Source: Takakia lepidozioides | Lineage: Eukaryota; Plantae; Bryophyta | DNA: 64,000 nt | Reading direction: 5' to 3' | Assembly: GCA_030704615.1 (NCBI GenBank) | Contig: CM060731.1 | Coordinates: 22,568,001-22,632,000, forward strand | Shown here: piece by piece, positions 12,696 through 25,670 of the stretch | How the letters are laid out: each line of letters begins with the position of its first letter | How positions within the stretch are numbered: position 1 is the stretch's first letter | Position numbers and translations under genes: made by a program | The notes under the pieces: model-generated | Seen by the model: the letters and a program-made list of their open reading frames with translations, nothing else | Told to the model about the DNA's origin: nothing | Databases searched by the model: none

Positions 12696-13926
12696 TCAAA
12701 CATAAGTCAAACAAAACTGATGATCTGCACAAGTAAGGAAGCATATCTCCCTTTGGGCGGAATGTAACAACTGGGGGAGGTCTTCTAGATGGAGAGGGTA
12801 TCCAGAGCATCCCCATGGTACTGTGGAAATCTTTCTACTGCCCAATTCAACTTTTTCATGAAGAACACTAATTGGAATGAAAGGATGCACTAGGTAAAAT
12901 GTGGCCCAATAGATAATTGAGATCGAGGCAGGCGGCTGAGTTAGCAGGGGTTGGATATCATAACAAGAAAGACAAGTTGTGAGGAAGGGGAAGTGGTGAG
13001 ACATGCCGAGGTTTAAGGTAAAATCGAACAACCTTCTTTGCCAAGAAAATCGCCCACAAACAGATGATCAATGAGGCCTGCCCGTGCTCCAACTGTGATG
13101 TTCAGATTGTCGGACTCCTTTCCTAGCCTGTATAGATAATCTTTTCCTTCATAATCCTTTGAGGTATGACTGCGACTTTTTGTCTTTCCTCTCTTCAGTG
13201 CCTTCTCCTCCAGTATCTTACATTGAATTGGAAATTGTGTTCGCTGTGACATTTTCCTCCTCCTGGCCAGCTCTTATCTCTCCAGCAGAAGCACGGGGCG
13301 TAGACAATGGAACAAAGGAGGAGCTCGGGGACGGAGGCACGAACATATTGGAGGAAGGAGAGGGACGATGCAAGTGATCAGACAGGTAGACGGTGGAAGA
13401 GAAACCCTTCCTATGACGGGAAGGAAAAGATGACTGATTGCGAGTGACACAAGTCATTGCTGCCGTTCTGAATACTGTGATTACCGGGGAGCCCATCCCA
13501 TGAGTACTACAACTGGCCTCGCATTGTAAGAAGGTTTGAGAGCTTCCCAGGGGGTTTTTCAGGGGAAGAGATCTGTTTGGGTGTAAGGAGTCATTCACTG
13601 AGCTGCAAACACCTGCCTCCATCTCTCGGTTTGTCAGCCTGTCATACACACCACGTCTTACTAGATTGTGGTAATTCTTGTGATTGTCAGGGTCCTCAAA
13701 ACCATTTGCATTCCCCAGCTTGCTCCTGCAATCGTCGTTTTTCTTGTTGGGTTTTCATAGCAAGGCTGCGATTTGTGGATGTAGAATCAGGATCTTTTTT
13801 ATTGTTCGGACAAGTATCCGGACGAGCGTCCATCACTGTTCACGTCAACGTCCGACGACAACCGTTCCCGTGCACTACAGCTGACGGTGTTTGCTCGTAA
13901 GCTGTGAGGCTAACTTAGATTCCGCC

Positions 13927-15012
13927 TAGGGAATTCCAAAAAGGCCTTGATGTGAAATGCATCGCAGTTCACTTGATCACCCCCTAAAAGTGCGCAATTC
14001 AATTGAATTGCAAGGGCAATTCAATTGAACTAACCCTAATTTGCAATTCAATTGAATTGTAATCTATAATTTTTAACTTATTTTTGTATATAATATATAA
14101 TATATATGTACATGTATATATTCAAATTATATTTATACACATATAAGAGTATAAGCTAAAAATACATGTTGCCCGTCTATTCTTGCTGACCCTCTTTCTT
14201 GTGCCCTTGAGGAAATTGTGGAGTTGTGAAACCACCCTCAGCCTCAGCGAGAAAGGGAGAGCCAGAGACGGAGACAGATCAGCAGCTTCCTGTGATTCAC
14301 TGGCAAAAGAAACATGGCTGGCTCCGAAAAAAACAGACAAAATCAAACCTGACAATTGATGAAAGGCTTCCCTGCATCACCATGTAGTCCCCTAACACTA
14401 GTATCTGGCCCAGGACAAAGAAAACAAAAAGTATGTTCATCTTGAGAATTATCAAAAATTTGGATACCCTTACAAAGTATGGTGTTGAAGTTGGGATGTG
14501 TGTTTTAATATATCAAACTCTTACACGTTGATACTCTTACATTGGTATCATGTTTGGTATATGTACATAGCCATATATTGGCACCAACATCCACAAAGAG
14601 AGACAATCCCGCTTTTACAAGCGCTTCGTGACTTCCCGTGACTTCCCTCTCTCTCTCTCCCTTAGGCTTATCTTGGGCTCAAGCCTTACCACGGGCAAAG
14701 GATTGACAGACGGACAACAAGAATAGACAGGCAACATGTATTTTTAGCTTATACCTGTGTATGTATATATGTATAATTTAAATATATATATATATTATAT
14801 ACAGAAATAAGTTAAAAATTATAGATTACAATTCAATTGAATCGTCAATTCGTAATTCAATTGAATCGTGTGTGCCGACAATTCAATTGAATTGCAAATT
14901 AGGGTTAGTTCAATTGAATTGCAAGGGGCAATTCAATTGAATTGCGCACTTTTAGGGGGTGATCAAGTGAATTGCGATGCATTTCACATCAAGGCCTTTT
15001 TGGAATTCCCTA
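13927..15012. mobile_element. Non-autonomous DNA transposon with ~260-300 bp terminal inverted repeats
   Basis: TAGGGAATTCCAAAAAGGCCTTGATG... (13927-~14185) is inverted at ~14717-15012. TIRs contain repeated AATTCAATTGAATT palindromes. TCCGCC flanks both ends. Confidence 0.9.
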
Positions 15013-15459
15013 TCCGCCCTCGCTATGGGGATCTCATCAAGCCGGACTCTGCACGCTGACTGCTTCTGACGCCATCACGGGCATGGGCCCACAACAAACA
15101 TCAAGACTCTTGATGTGTCTGATTCAAGAGTTGCAACGCGAGAGCGATGGACAGCCAGTCACGAAACACACATGGGGTACGTGCTGCTCCAGGCAGATCA
15201 CAAGCCTCCCGTTTCGCTTCGTACGCTCACTCAGCTTTTTGCCGTATAGGTGGGCAGAATGCTAAGTTGCAAGAGTTCAGGAGGCTTCCAATATAACGAC
15301 AGGAGTCATAGTCAAGCTCACTTATAATGTGGGGAGGGTGGAAATCAGTCGGGCGTGACGGCGAACAACTAACTGAAGAGGAACTCGCATGAGTGTGGGC
15401 TTATGTGCAACTTTGAGATCTTCTCTTGAAGTGTGAGGAGGGCAGCTGCAAGATTGAGG

Positions 15460-18400
15460 ATGGCGGAAACGCTGGCAGCAGGCAGCAGCAACTCAAGGGT
15501 ATGGCTGCACGGAGGAGGAGGGAAGGTGGCTATTATATTGGTGATTGTGCAGCTGGGCTATGCTGGATACTCTTTGCTCACCAAGATTGCTCTCAGCACC
15601 GGGGTCAACACCTTCGTATTTGCAATCTATCGCGATGTTATTGCGGTGGCGATTCTGGGTCCCATTGCTTTCTTTTCTGAAAGGTGTGTAGTGTGTACGC
15701 TCAATCAAGTCAAGCCAGTTGAACTCTTTCTCCTTTTCCTTCTCTTTCTCCTTCCCCTTCTCCTTCTCCTTCTCCTTGGACTTCTCTTTCTCATCCTGCT
15801 TTTTCAGATCTACACTTAAATCAGATTGAAAGACGGAAGATGTTCATGCTACACAGCTTCGCAAGTAATTCATCTTTTGCCTCCTCATTGGCAGCTGAAT
15901 CTGAGGAATTTGGTTTTTGCACATGTGCAGAGGGCAACGCACATCAATCACTCCCACCCTGTTCCTTCAGCTTTTAGTGAGCGGCTTCGCCGGGTCAGTC
16001 GCATTTGACATGTTTTCTGGCATTTGACGGGCACATTAGTTCTAGAATTTGCACGACGTAAGAGGAACTAGTGAAGGAAGAGATACTGTTCCGAAACCCA
16101 TACTCAACACCTCATCTATGACTACGGACATGTTGACACTCGACAATATGGCCTTGTGGGCGCACATTCAGTGAGGAAGAGGCAGAGAGATTGTATAGTC
16201 ACACTGAACTGAAGTCCTTTCCATAGCCTTGTGGCCATAAATAGAGGGTCACTGTCTCAAGCCTTTCAGACCCATCACACAGAAGTGTCCTTTCTATGCC
16301 TTGTCGATACAGCCTCTCCTTCTGAATCACTCCAGTTATGTTCACTTCAATGTATGATCTAGAGAGAAACGGTCCATCATGGAGGGTGCAGGATATATGC
16401 ATTCCAAGTGTTATTTCTTGAAGGCTTGTCCCGCACATCCCCTGTGTTCACCTCAGCGACTCAAAACTCCATACCGGTTTTCACTTTTCTAATTGGTGTC
16501 CTCTTCAGGTAACTTTCAGGTTTCATAACCCAGATATTCAAACTGTTGTGGTCAGTCCAGAGTCTAGCGAGTCTTTCAAATCTGTCAAAGAATTTCAACA
16601 CCTCAGGGTTTATGCACCTTCAGTTTGTATGGCCCTGTTTGTGACCCGGAAGGCCCCCTCAGGAAAACGTTGAATTGCCACCAGATTCTAAGTAACTTCC
16701 AACACTTGGGACCATTGTCGACTTCTTGTTAATTGTCTGGCTTGCACATATAGAATGGAAATTCAGTCTGGTGAGAGTGCTTGTAAACCTCCTGGTTGCA
16801 ATTCCAGAAGGGTGGATAACCCACAAAAATTACTTGTATGGCAGAGCCCCGAACTGTCAAACTAGTTTGCTCTGCCTCTTTCCCCTGGCCGTAACAAACA
16901 TCTCTCCCTCTTTCTCTCTCACATTTGAGGCATATGATCTACTGCCCGAGACACTTCGGCTTGGAGTGACGCCTGAGGTAGCCTGAAGTAGTTCTTGGTT
17001 TGTGCTACCATGGGCCCTTGTGGGCCTCTGGCAATGTCAGAAAGTTTGCCTCCTCTGTCTCTTGTGCACCTTGCAATCTCTCCCACACCAGTGGTTATCA
17101 ATCCGTGCCCTCACAACTTCTATGAGACTCAAAGCAGCTGGCTCAAGCACATATGTTGGTACTCCCGCATTTCAACTTTCTTCGAACAACAGAGCCTGTC
17201 TGCAGCATCCCTGCTGCCTAAAAACCCAGGACGCAAGGAATTTTTTTTCCAGTGCATGACAGGAACAGACCTGTCAGGCAAGTGCTGAAGGAAGTCCTAC
17301 GTCAAGCAGACCCGCAAAGCAGTGACACCCTCACAATTAAGTCACAGTTCTATTGTGATGCCATCCTTGTCCTCAGCAGGACAGAATCTTGGTTTTACTT
17401 TGCTCTCTCTCTCTCCTTGGGGCATTGGGGCGATTCAAGGTGGGTTCATATAGCCCGAGGATTGAGAACTGAAAGATGGGATAAACTTAGTGTGGTTGTC
17501 CTGCTTGTGCTAGACAAGACAGATTGTGGTGGCAGCTTTGTTGGAGGCCCCATCTTTCTTTTCTATCTTGTTTTCTATTTTCCTGTTGCCTATCTCTTTA
17601 AGCTTCCCTTGGACATTGTAAAGTTGTTTTCTTTCCTTCTCTCACTTTAGAGGACGCTATGAAATTCTCTCTTTCTTTTCCCTGGGTTGCTCACATGGTA
17701 TTCATATATGTGATACGTAAGGAGTCAAGATGGTTTTGAATCTTGTATAGGGCTTGAAGAAGGGAATGGATAGGATTGACTTGGTTACGTACACTCATCA
17801 TACATGTAAGAGTTTTGCAGAGTCGAGATAATCCACATCACAAGGCGTGACGGTCAAGCTCAAGTTCTAGGAATTGTGACATGTCTGGCTGGGGCATTGC
17901 TTATGTCTCTCTACAAGGGACCAGCTCTTGTAAGCCGTGGGCTATCAACAGCTATGCCTGGGTCATTACTCGTTAGCCAACAAATGTGGGGAACAGCAAC
18001 AAGTGAAGTGATGACGTCATCTATATTGGGCTTTCAACTAGATTCATGGAGATTTGGGTCACTCTGTATAATTCTCAATTGTATCTGCATGGCCGTCTAC
18101 GTTAACCTTCAGGTTTGCCCTTCACGTTCTCCCCTGCAAACTAATTACTCCGACTCAATTTGGAATGCAATGAAGTTGTGGCAAAGTGCTGCTTTCTGAT
18201 TTAGATCTGTAAGGCCACATTCCCCTCTCTTCCATCAGTAAGTTCCACAATAAAGGGGATGCAAAATCAATGAGAGTATCCCAGATTTGGCTCTCTCCTC
18301 ACCTCCTGCCGTACTTCCCCCTCCATTGGAAGCATGATGCATATCTGTTTACAATGCTATAGCAAGCGAAGTCTAATGAGTCCCATCTTCCCCCCTTTCT

Positions 18401-20306
18401 TCTGCACCGTCTGAGGGTGGTGACTATGTTGTCGAGGCTATAGCAACAGTCCAGTCAATACATTTCTGTCTCTCCAGGTGTCTCAAGCAATTGAGCAATC
18501 TTTTACTAACAAATATGATGTTTGTCATTGCAATCTTCAGCTACCAATACTCAAGAGATATCCGGCACCAGTCTCTGTGACAGCATTGGCCTATCTTATT
18601 GGTGCCACTCTACTGCTTGTCACCGGGCTCTTTGTGGTGAAGAACCCACAAGATTGGGCAATTACACAAAGATCTAGCCTCATTGCAGCTACATATGCGG
18701 TATGCCTGTTCCCCTACTGAACAATGCACCTTTCAATGAGCACTTCTTGTTCTTTGTGTGTGCTGCAGGTGACAAACCTTCATATGGTGATGGTGATGCA
18801 GACAAAGGGAAGAGATTAAACAATTAAAGTGTTAGAACATCCACAGGAAGCCTGAAGAGCTTATGAGAATGCCCGGACCAAACAAAAAAGGGCTAAATAG
18901 ACCTAAACTACAGATTGCGTGAGAAGGAGAAGAGAGGACTTCAGGACATCCATTAAAACCCAGGGAGAATGAGAGAATGTACGCATAATGATGTTGTTTG
19001 CCGTAGCCCAAGTAGAATGTAGTCATAAGACGCCATTTGCGTAGCCTAAGGAGAATGAGAGAGGGGCGAGAGAGAGAGGGCGGACCGGCATTTTTGGGCT
19101 TGCCAAGGTTGTTATCAAAGTTTCTGGATTACCAAGTTTGAGCTGGGAAAGAGAGATAGGCAGCTGGAGTGTTTTCACAGCATTTGATGAACATCCAGCT
19201 TCCATGCTGACCCTCCCATGTTGGGCACTGGGGTGAAGTTCAAACTAAGAATAGGTCGCCTACTTCTCTACAGTAAGTTAGCCCAGCTGTGAAAAAAAAA
19301 ATGTATAGGTCGCATATGTCTGATGTGGGTAACAAATATGCTCTGATGCACTCTACCGCATCTTACCTGCATGAGGATCGACCTCAGGGCTCTGTTGACT
19401 AGTCTTGGCCAGTAGCTGTATGGTCTGCCTGTTCTTGTTTGTTTGCTGCTGTAGTTCTATTGGTCGAACTTTTGGAGTGGTTGTTTGTGTATTGAAGCTA
19501 GTATTCCATTTGCATACATTTGAAGGATTGTCTGTTGCCGCTGCAGGGGTTTATTAATTCAGCACTCAATTTCTCACTCCAGGTATGGTGTGTCCAAAGA
19601 GTTGGACCCATTGTGGTGACAGTGTATGCTCCTCTGCAGACTATCTTTGCAACAATTCTCTCACTTATCTTTCTTCAAGCCGACTATTACTTGGGCAGGC
19701 AAGATTTATTTCCTTTTTTTATACTGTCCTTTCTAGATGAGCTATAATGTGCAAATTTGGCCAGAGTTTGCAAGCAGTAGTTTCACTGTTGATTTCAAAA
19801 TATCTTTGCCAGAGAAGTGCCATAAATGCAAGTCTTATTCTTCAGTTATCCCAAACTTAAGATGTAGCAGAAAATGTATTCCTCACCAAACTGGCTACCA
19901 GTTTCTGGGGTAAGTATGCAAGAAAAATTCTCAACTTCGCATGCGAACAGCAATGACAAAGTCCACGGGGGCAGAAGCTTATGTTGGGTCAAGGAGATGC
20001 TATAAGTTATGCAGATCATTTGCTGTGTCATTCTCACTTTTTTTCCCTGTAACATTGCTTCCACATCCACTCCGACGACAGTGTACTTTTGCAATTTGAT
20101 CAATGTTATGTCTGTGCTGAAAGGGAGGATGGGCTGGGTGGTTGCACAGTTTGCTTGGAGGCATTCTGGTTCTTGCAGGCCTTTATCTTGTTACCTGGGG
20201 TCAAAGTGAGGACCGTCGGTTGAAATCACAGTCCATTAAGATTCAGCCAATCCTTGATGGCCAAGTGACAATAAAGCCAATTGAGGAGCCCTTGTTATGT
20301 AGGTAA
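15460..20306 (+). CDS. UMAMIT / WAT1-related (MtN21, EamA) transporter, 7 exons
   Basis: Exons 15460-15683, 15931-15993, 16392-16508, 17821-18112, 18541-18699, 19547-19698 and 20150-20306 join in frame. Motifs: VFAIYRDVIA..ILGPIAFFSER, QNSIPVFTF, GALLMSLYKGP, ILKRYPAPVS, WCVQRVGP..Y.PLQT, GLYLVTWG. Confidence 0.93.
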
Positions 20307-20344
20307 TTCCATCATCTCTATTCATTGCGAACCGTGGAATATGC

Positions 20345-20416
20345 GACAAAGGCGTCTTTATGGATCAGAAGAAAATACAAACCATCATCGAGTGGATTAA
20401 ACCAACTTCGGTCCGA
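20345..20416 (+). mobile_element. 72 bp Gypsy RT-derived fragment just downstream of the UMAMIT stop
   Basis: Translates DKGVFMDQKKIQTIIEWIKPTSVR, similar to QDGIRMDDVKVRAILDWEPPTSV in the element at ~1260-1330. Absent from the duplicate copy at ~24624. Confidence 0.7.
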
Positions 20417-23400
20417 ACCATTGTGAGCAACTGGTGGGTTCTCAAGATTTTAAATGTGGCAAGTCATGTCACAACTCACAACTCCCCATTCCAGGAACCT
20501 TCCCATATTTTCTGTTAAAATCACCTATTTGTTGCTGAAGCACACATGTGGTGGGTGTAATTGAATTGTTTGACTTCGATTCAGAGTTGGTGACTTCACC
20601 CTGATGAAATGGTAAGGCCCGTGCCCCACTGCAGTTAGGGTCGGCTTCGTTAAGAAATGACTGTGTCTTAGGACGTCGGAAAAATGGCAGTTTTGGGCTT
20701 GGCCTGCCCCAAGCCTGAGCATTAGGGTCTAAGCCATGGACCAAGCAAGTCCTGGGCCCTGGCCCTAAGCAGCCTAAGGATCTATAGAGATCTCAGTCGG
20801 AACAATTTTTGGAGGCTGCCCACTCTTTCATATTTGTATGTACTTTCACCATTTCTCACCCAGAACAGGAGAAACTTCCTGTGTATGTTTCCAATCTTTG
20901 GTACTGAATCTTTGCAGCCATGACAACAATTCATATGCTTGATAGTCTGATCAGATTTGCACAAGTACAAAGAAGAGCAATACACAGTTTTAGTGCATAT
21001 TCTACACGAAAGTAAATACAACTCAACGATTGTAAAGCACTGCTAGTTTGTCCTATTTACAGGTTGTTTGCGTGCTAGGTGTTCCTTAGGAAGGCCCTGG
21101 CGAGGTTCCTGTCTGGAGGGTCCATCCTTTTCAAAACTGTTACATGTGGTTGCATGTGCTTAACGCCATATATATAGTCAACCTTGGATTCCGATATTTG
21201 CCCAGGTCTGTTGGCTCCTCTTTAGAACAAGCCTAAACTGGCTCTCATGTTTGGCAAAAGTGGCATGACTCCGCACAACACACCATTGGGAGCCTTGAAA
21301 CGGTGTAAGGTCCTTTGACCACATTTTCTTGATGATTCATACCGGCCCTGGACAACCATTTAGGCATTTTTGGACCTAATTGTAAATTCAATCAATCAGC
21401 AAAGTACGCATGTTTTGAAAACCATTTCTCACATTAGGCATCTTCATGCTATAATTTTTTAGAATTAGGCACATGAGAAGAGAAAACATTTATTTTCTTA
21501 AGAATAAAATTACAAAATAGACACCCAATGCCCATGGGCCCTTCTAGGCTTCAGCTATCTTTCATTTCCTTTAAAACCCTAATATGATAACATTGTGGAG
21601 TCCATAGAAGGGCCTTTCGAAGTTACATGGAGCTCTCGCAAATAGATTGATTTGTAGGAAATTATTTCCGCACACATATATTTGTAAGCTCTCTTTGGTT
21701 GTGTCCTCAGCCTAGCTAGCTCTCAACCATGTAGGTGTTTCACCAAGAGTTCCAATATAGCTGCTTTCCCCAACCAAACTCTGACTGCTCAAAGTAATGT
21801 TGTGGCCCTCATACCTAACTATGGCAGATTGTACAACTTTAGTGTTTAGCCGTACCGTACTGCCAATGTCTGACTCCCTATAGGCAAACAACTCATCCAA
21901 CTGATCTCCATTTAGATCTATTTGTGTGCCTTGGGAAATATAAATATTTTCCGCAACCACTTGAAGACTCAGTGACGATATGAGCCCTTCAATGGCACAT
22001 CATCTCCTCCAGCCATGCATCACAAGCATACAAAACTTTCCAGTGCCACACAGGTCTAATTCTCTGAGCATGGTCTTAGGAATGAACCATCTTACTTTTG
22101 AAAAATTCCATAGATTTTTGGTCGCACCAAAAAAAACTATGTAGGTCTCTATGCAAATTATGGGTCAAACAGCCTTTGTATGACCAAGCTATGGCAGACA
22201 CAAGCTGTGTATAATTTAAATCGGATCAAAACAAGGCTCTAAATGTATTTTATTTTCCCAAATGGATAAATACTAATATGATTTCTGACATACCCTACAC
22301 GTTCCCTACAAATACCCGTAATTCCGAGGATAGATTTCTACATATGTAGGAGCTTTAAAAACTGGACGTCGGTGATTTGGTGCTTGTCGGTGCATTGATT
22401 GTGACACAACAGCTTCATGAGAGTGGTGGCAGGGTTGGCTGGCGTCACTGCTGGTGTCTGAGCAGATAACAAGCACAACATGTCATCGCTGAATGTTGTT
22501 TACTTGCTGGCATTCACCATCGTTTTATACAAGCATGATCAGACGATACCATTCTCGCAGATTTTGTTTTACTCCTTGTTTACTCTTTAGGATGACTCCA
22601 AATGTTGACTTTTGTTCAATGAAATTTTGATCTTATTACAAACAACAAGAGAAGAGGCTTGCAAGTTTTTTGCTGGAATTTTTGGGCATTAGGCACTTTG
22701 GTGAAGAGAGACAATAAAAAAAATCCAATAAAGAGAACGCTATCCATCACTGTCAATGACATCCGTTGTGCCTTTCCCAAGTGTCACCTCCTCTTCTTTG
22801 CTGAAAGTTGTTCCATGATGAGCCTCTCCAAGGAACACCTCCCTTAGGTAACATCTCTATTAGATAAACGGATGAATTTGAAAGTTTATTATGAATGAAA
22901 GTGGATTCCACTATTCACAAGGAGAAGACATATGCGACTTAGTTTGTTTTAGGAGGAGAGGCTGGATGAGAGGAAGCCCAATGATTTTCGTTAAAAGTAA
23001 TCATCATTTGACAACATCTGTGGATGCTACAAAGATTTTGCCAAAAGACAGCAAGGGAGATTTAAATGACCTCACCAAAAGGAAGGGCCGAGAAATGGCA
23101 CCTCCATGGGGAATGGCTCAAAACCACGGCCAAGGGCCCAATGGCTATAAACATATAACCCATCATAAACTCTTGTTGGTACATAAAACAGAGATGGCCT
23201 CCAACACTGCCACCTTTTTCCCATCCATTCGGCCTCATCCTCCTTTGCTTGGGTGGCCCAAGTCGTAGGCATCAAAGGTGCTTTAATCCCATAGACCACT
23301 TAGAATGATGAGGCCCCCATTGCAAAGTGTTCCACGTTATTATAACATAATTCTGTCGCATCCACATGACCCACCTAGTCTACCTGGTTCGCTGAAACGT

Positions 23401-23431
23401 CATTCTGCAAAAGTTGCTCCCACACGAATCT

Positions 23432-23655
23432 ATCTTTTCCTTTGGCTCTTTTTCCTTAGTTTGGGCCAGAAATACTCATTCTTCAAGAGTGTCGCGGTGC
23501 GTTTAGCCCCGCCGTGGTCCGCTTGCGGGCCATCATGGCACACTCTCAAAAAACTTTCTGAGCTCGCTCTTCGGCACATAGATACGCTCTTGTTTGTACC
23601 AGAGCAGCCCATCATACAACTGGAACAACGACTTAGCCCCTTCCCTCAAATCGAG
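23432..23655 (-). mobile_element. Gypsy integrase zinc-finger fragment
   Basis: VCHDGPQADHGGAKRTATLLKNEYFWPKLR is close to ECHDSPLAGHGAAKRTATLLKKEYFWPKLR at ~2090-2180. Confidence 0.85.
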
Positions 23656-23869
23656 GTTGGTTAGCTCGTGAGCATGCTCACGTGAGCACAAGGGCATATT
23701 CCCCAAAATTCCAGGAAATTTCCACAGCGAAATGAAATTGACGAAATTAACAATTATGCGAAATTAACACATAAAGAACAAGTAGCCCCTATACCTAATG
23801 AACATGTTACCCTATAGGTGTGGTTTTTTCTCCATAAACTCAACTTTAAGGTCATTTCTCTTGTCCAAA

Positions 23870-24316
23870 AAAAAAAAAAAAAAAAAAACCATGGACAATT
23901 TCGCAATGCGAAATTCCGCCTGAGAAACAATTAGATTGTGGCCACAAAAAAAAACCATGGATAATTTCGCACAGCGAAATTCCGCCCGAGAAACAAATAT
24001 CAGATTGTGGCTAAAAAGATGAATAAGTCACTTTTAAAGCCCCCACCCATTCCTTTTGGATGTAGGATTTTTGGGTGATGGGATTTTTCAGTGCAAACCC
24101 ACCGCTTGCTTAGTTTGTTCCCATATCACCAAGAATTTCTCAATGAGAATTTCACCACGGCTGAGTTTGTGCCCATATCACCAAGTATTTCTCAGTGCGA
24201 AATTCACCGCTGCTCAGTTTGTGCCCATATCACCAAGTATTTTTTAGTGCGAAATTTACCGCTGCTCAGTTTGTGTCCATATCACCAAGTATTTCCCCAA
24301 TGCGAATCACCGCCGC
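23870..24316. repeat. Tandem repeats: 2 x ~66 bp and 4 x ~52 bp units
   Basis: AAAAAAACCATGGA(C/T)AATTTCGCA..GCGAAATTCCGCC occurs twice. CGCTGCTCAGTTTGTGCCCATATCACCAAGTATTTCTCAGTGCGAAATTCAC-like unit occurs four times. Confidence 0.85.
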
Positions 24317-24478
24317 CACTACAGGTTTAGGGTTTTTGGCTACACTACTGAAGGTTTCGCCTCGTTGAGTTGGCACAGATGTACTCTACAAATGCACCAG
24401 TCCTCTATACCTGCTTATGGTTTTAGTCCGTTTTGAAAACATGTAACTCATATGACCGAGGTTTAAATAGCTTGGAGA

Positions 24479-25670
24479 CAAAGTGAGGACTGTCGGGCGT
24501 TGAAATCACAGTCCATTAAGATTCAGCCAATCCTTGATGGCCAAGTGACGATAAAACCAATTGAGGAGCCCTTGTTATGTAGGTAATTCCATCATCTCTA
24601 TTCATTGCGAACCCTGGAATCTGCACCATTGTGAGCAACTGGTGGGTTCTCAAGATTTAAAATGTGGGAAGTCCTGTCACAACTCACGACTCCCCATTCC
24701 AGGAACCTTCTCATATTTTCTGTATAAATCACCTAAATGGTGCTGAAGCACACATGTGGTGGGTGTGCCCCACTGCAGTTAGGGTCGGCTTCGGTAAGAA
24801 CATCTTTCTATTTCCGAAGGTCGGGACTAGTTGAGCCAAACCCCGCAACTAGGTTATAATTTTGGACACGTCTGTGGTCGGTTCCATTGACTATCTGCTA
24901 AAAGTTTGGAAAAAAGATATCATGGGTGTAGCTGGTCATGGTTTGGGACCCCCTTTAAAGGGCCAAAAAGGGCCAGGTAGGGCATACCCAAAAGGTTGTG
25001 TTAGGATGCGTTAAAAGATGGCTCTTTTGAGCTTGACCATGTCTTAGGACGTCAGAAAAATGGCAGTTTTGGGCTTGGCCTGCCCCAAGACCGAGCTTTA
25101 GTGTCTAAGCCATGGTCATGGGCCCTGGCCCTGAGCTATTTTTTGAGGCTGCCCACTCTTTCATATTTGTATGTACTTTCACCATTTCTCACACAGAACA
25201 GGAGAAACATCCTGTTTATGTTTCCAATCTTTGATACTGAATCTTTGCAGCCATGACAACAATTCATATGCTTCAAAGTCTGATCAGATTCGCACAAGAT
25301 TTACCCTGGATTCGAACGATATTTGCCATTTTGTTGGCTCCCTTGCTTCGGCAAAACATGGAGGGGAAGGTGAGAGTAAGGGGCATGCCTCAGCACAACA
25401 GACTAATCGGAGCCTTGACACGGTGTAAGGTCCTTTGACCACATTTTCTCCGTTGCCTTCAACATGATGCGTAGTCTCCCTTTTACGGACACTATCCATC
25501 TCATCGGGCATCAGGTGTGTGCCTTTCCCAGGTGTCACCTCCTCTCCTTTGCTGAAAACTATTCCATGATCTCCCAAGTAACACCTCCCTTACGTAACAT
25601 CTCTATTAAACAAACGGATGAATTTCAAACTTTATTATGAATGAAAGTAGATTCCACTATTCACAAAGAA
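24479..25670 (+). pseudogene. Direct duplicate of the UMAMIT last-exon 3' half and downstream flank
   Basis: 24479-24586 is nearly identical to 20202-20306 (small frameshifting indel). Downstream blocks match ~20417-20960, ~21290-21328 and ~22740-22920 in the same order. Confidence 0.85.

Noticed and set aside
12700-13900. Several 70-140 aa ORFs; similar unassigned ORFs at 8190-8980, 21712-21960 and 44063-44444
   Set aside because: No family could be recognised by eye. Probably decayed TE or gene fragments; a homology search is needed.
24090-24316. Regular ~52 bp repeats resembling a CRISPR array
   Set aside because: The whole unit repeats with no unique spacers, there are no cas genes, and the context is eukaryotic.
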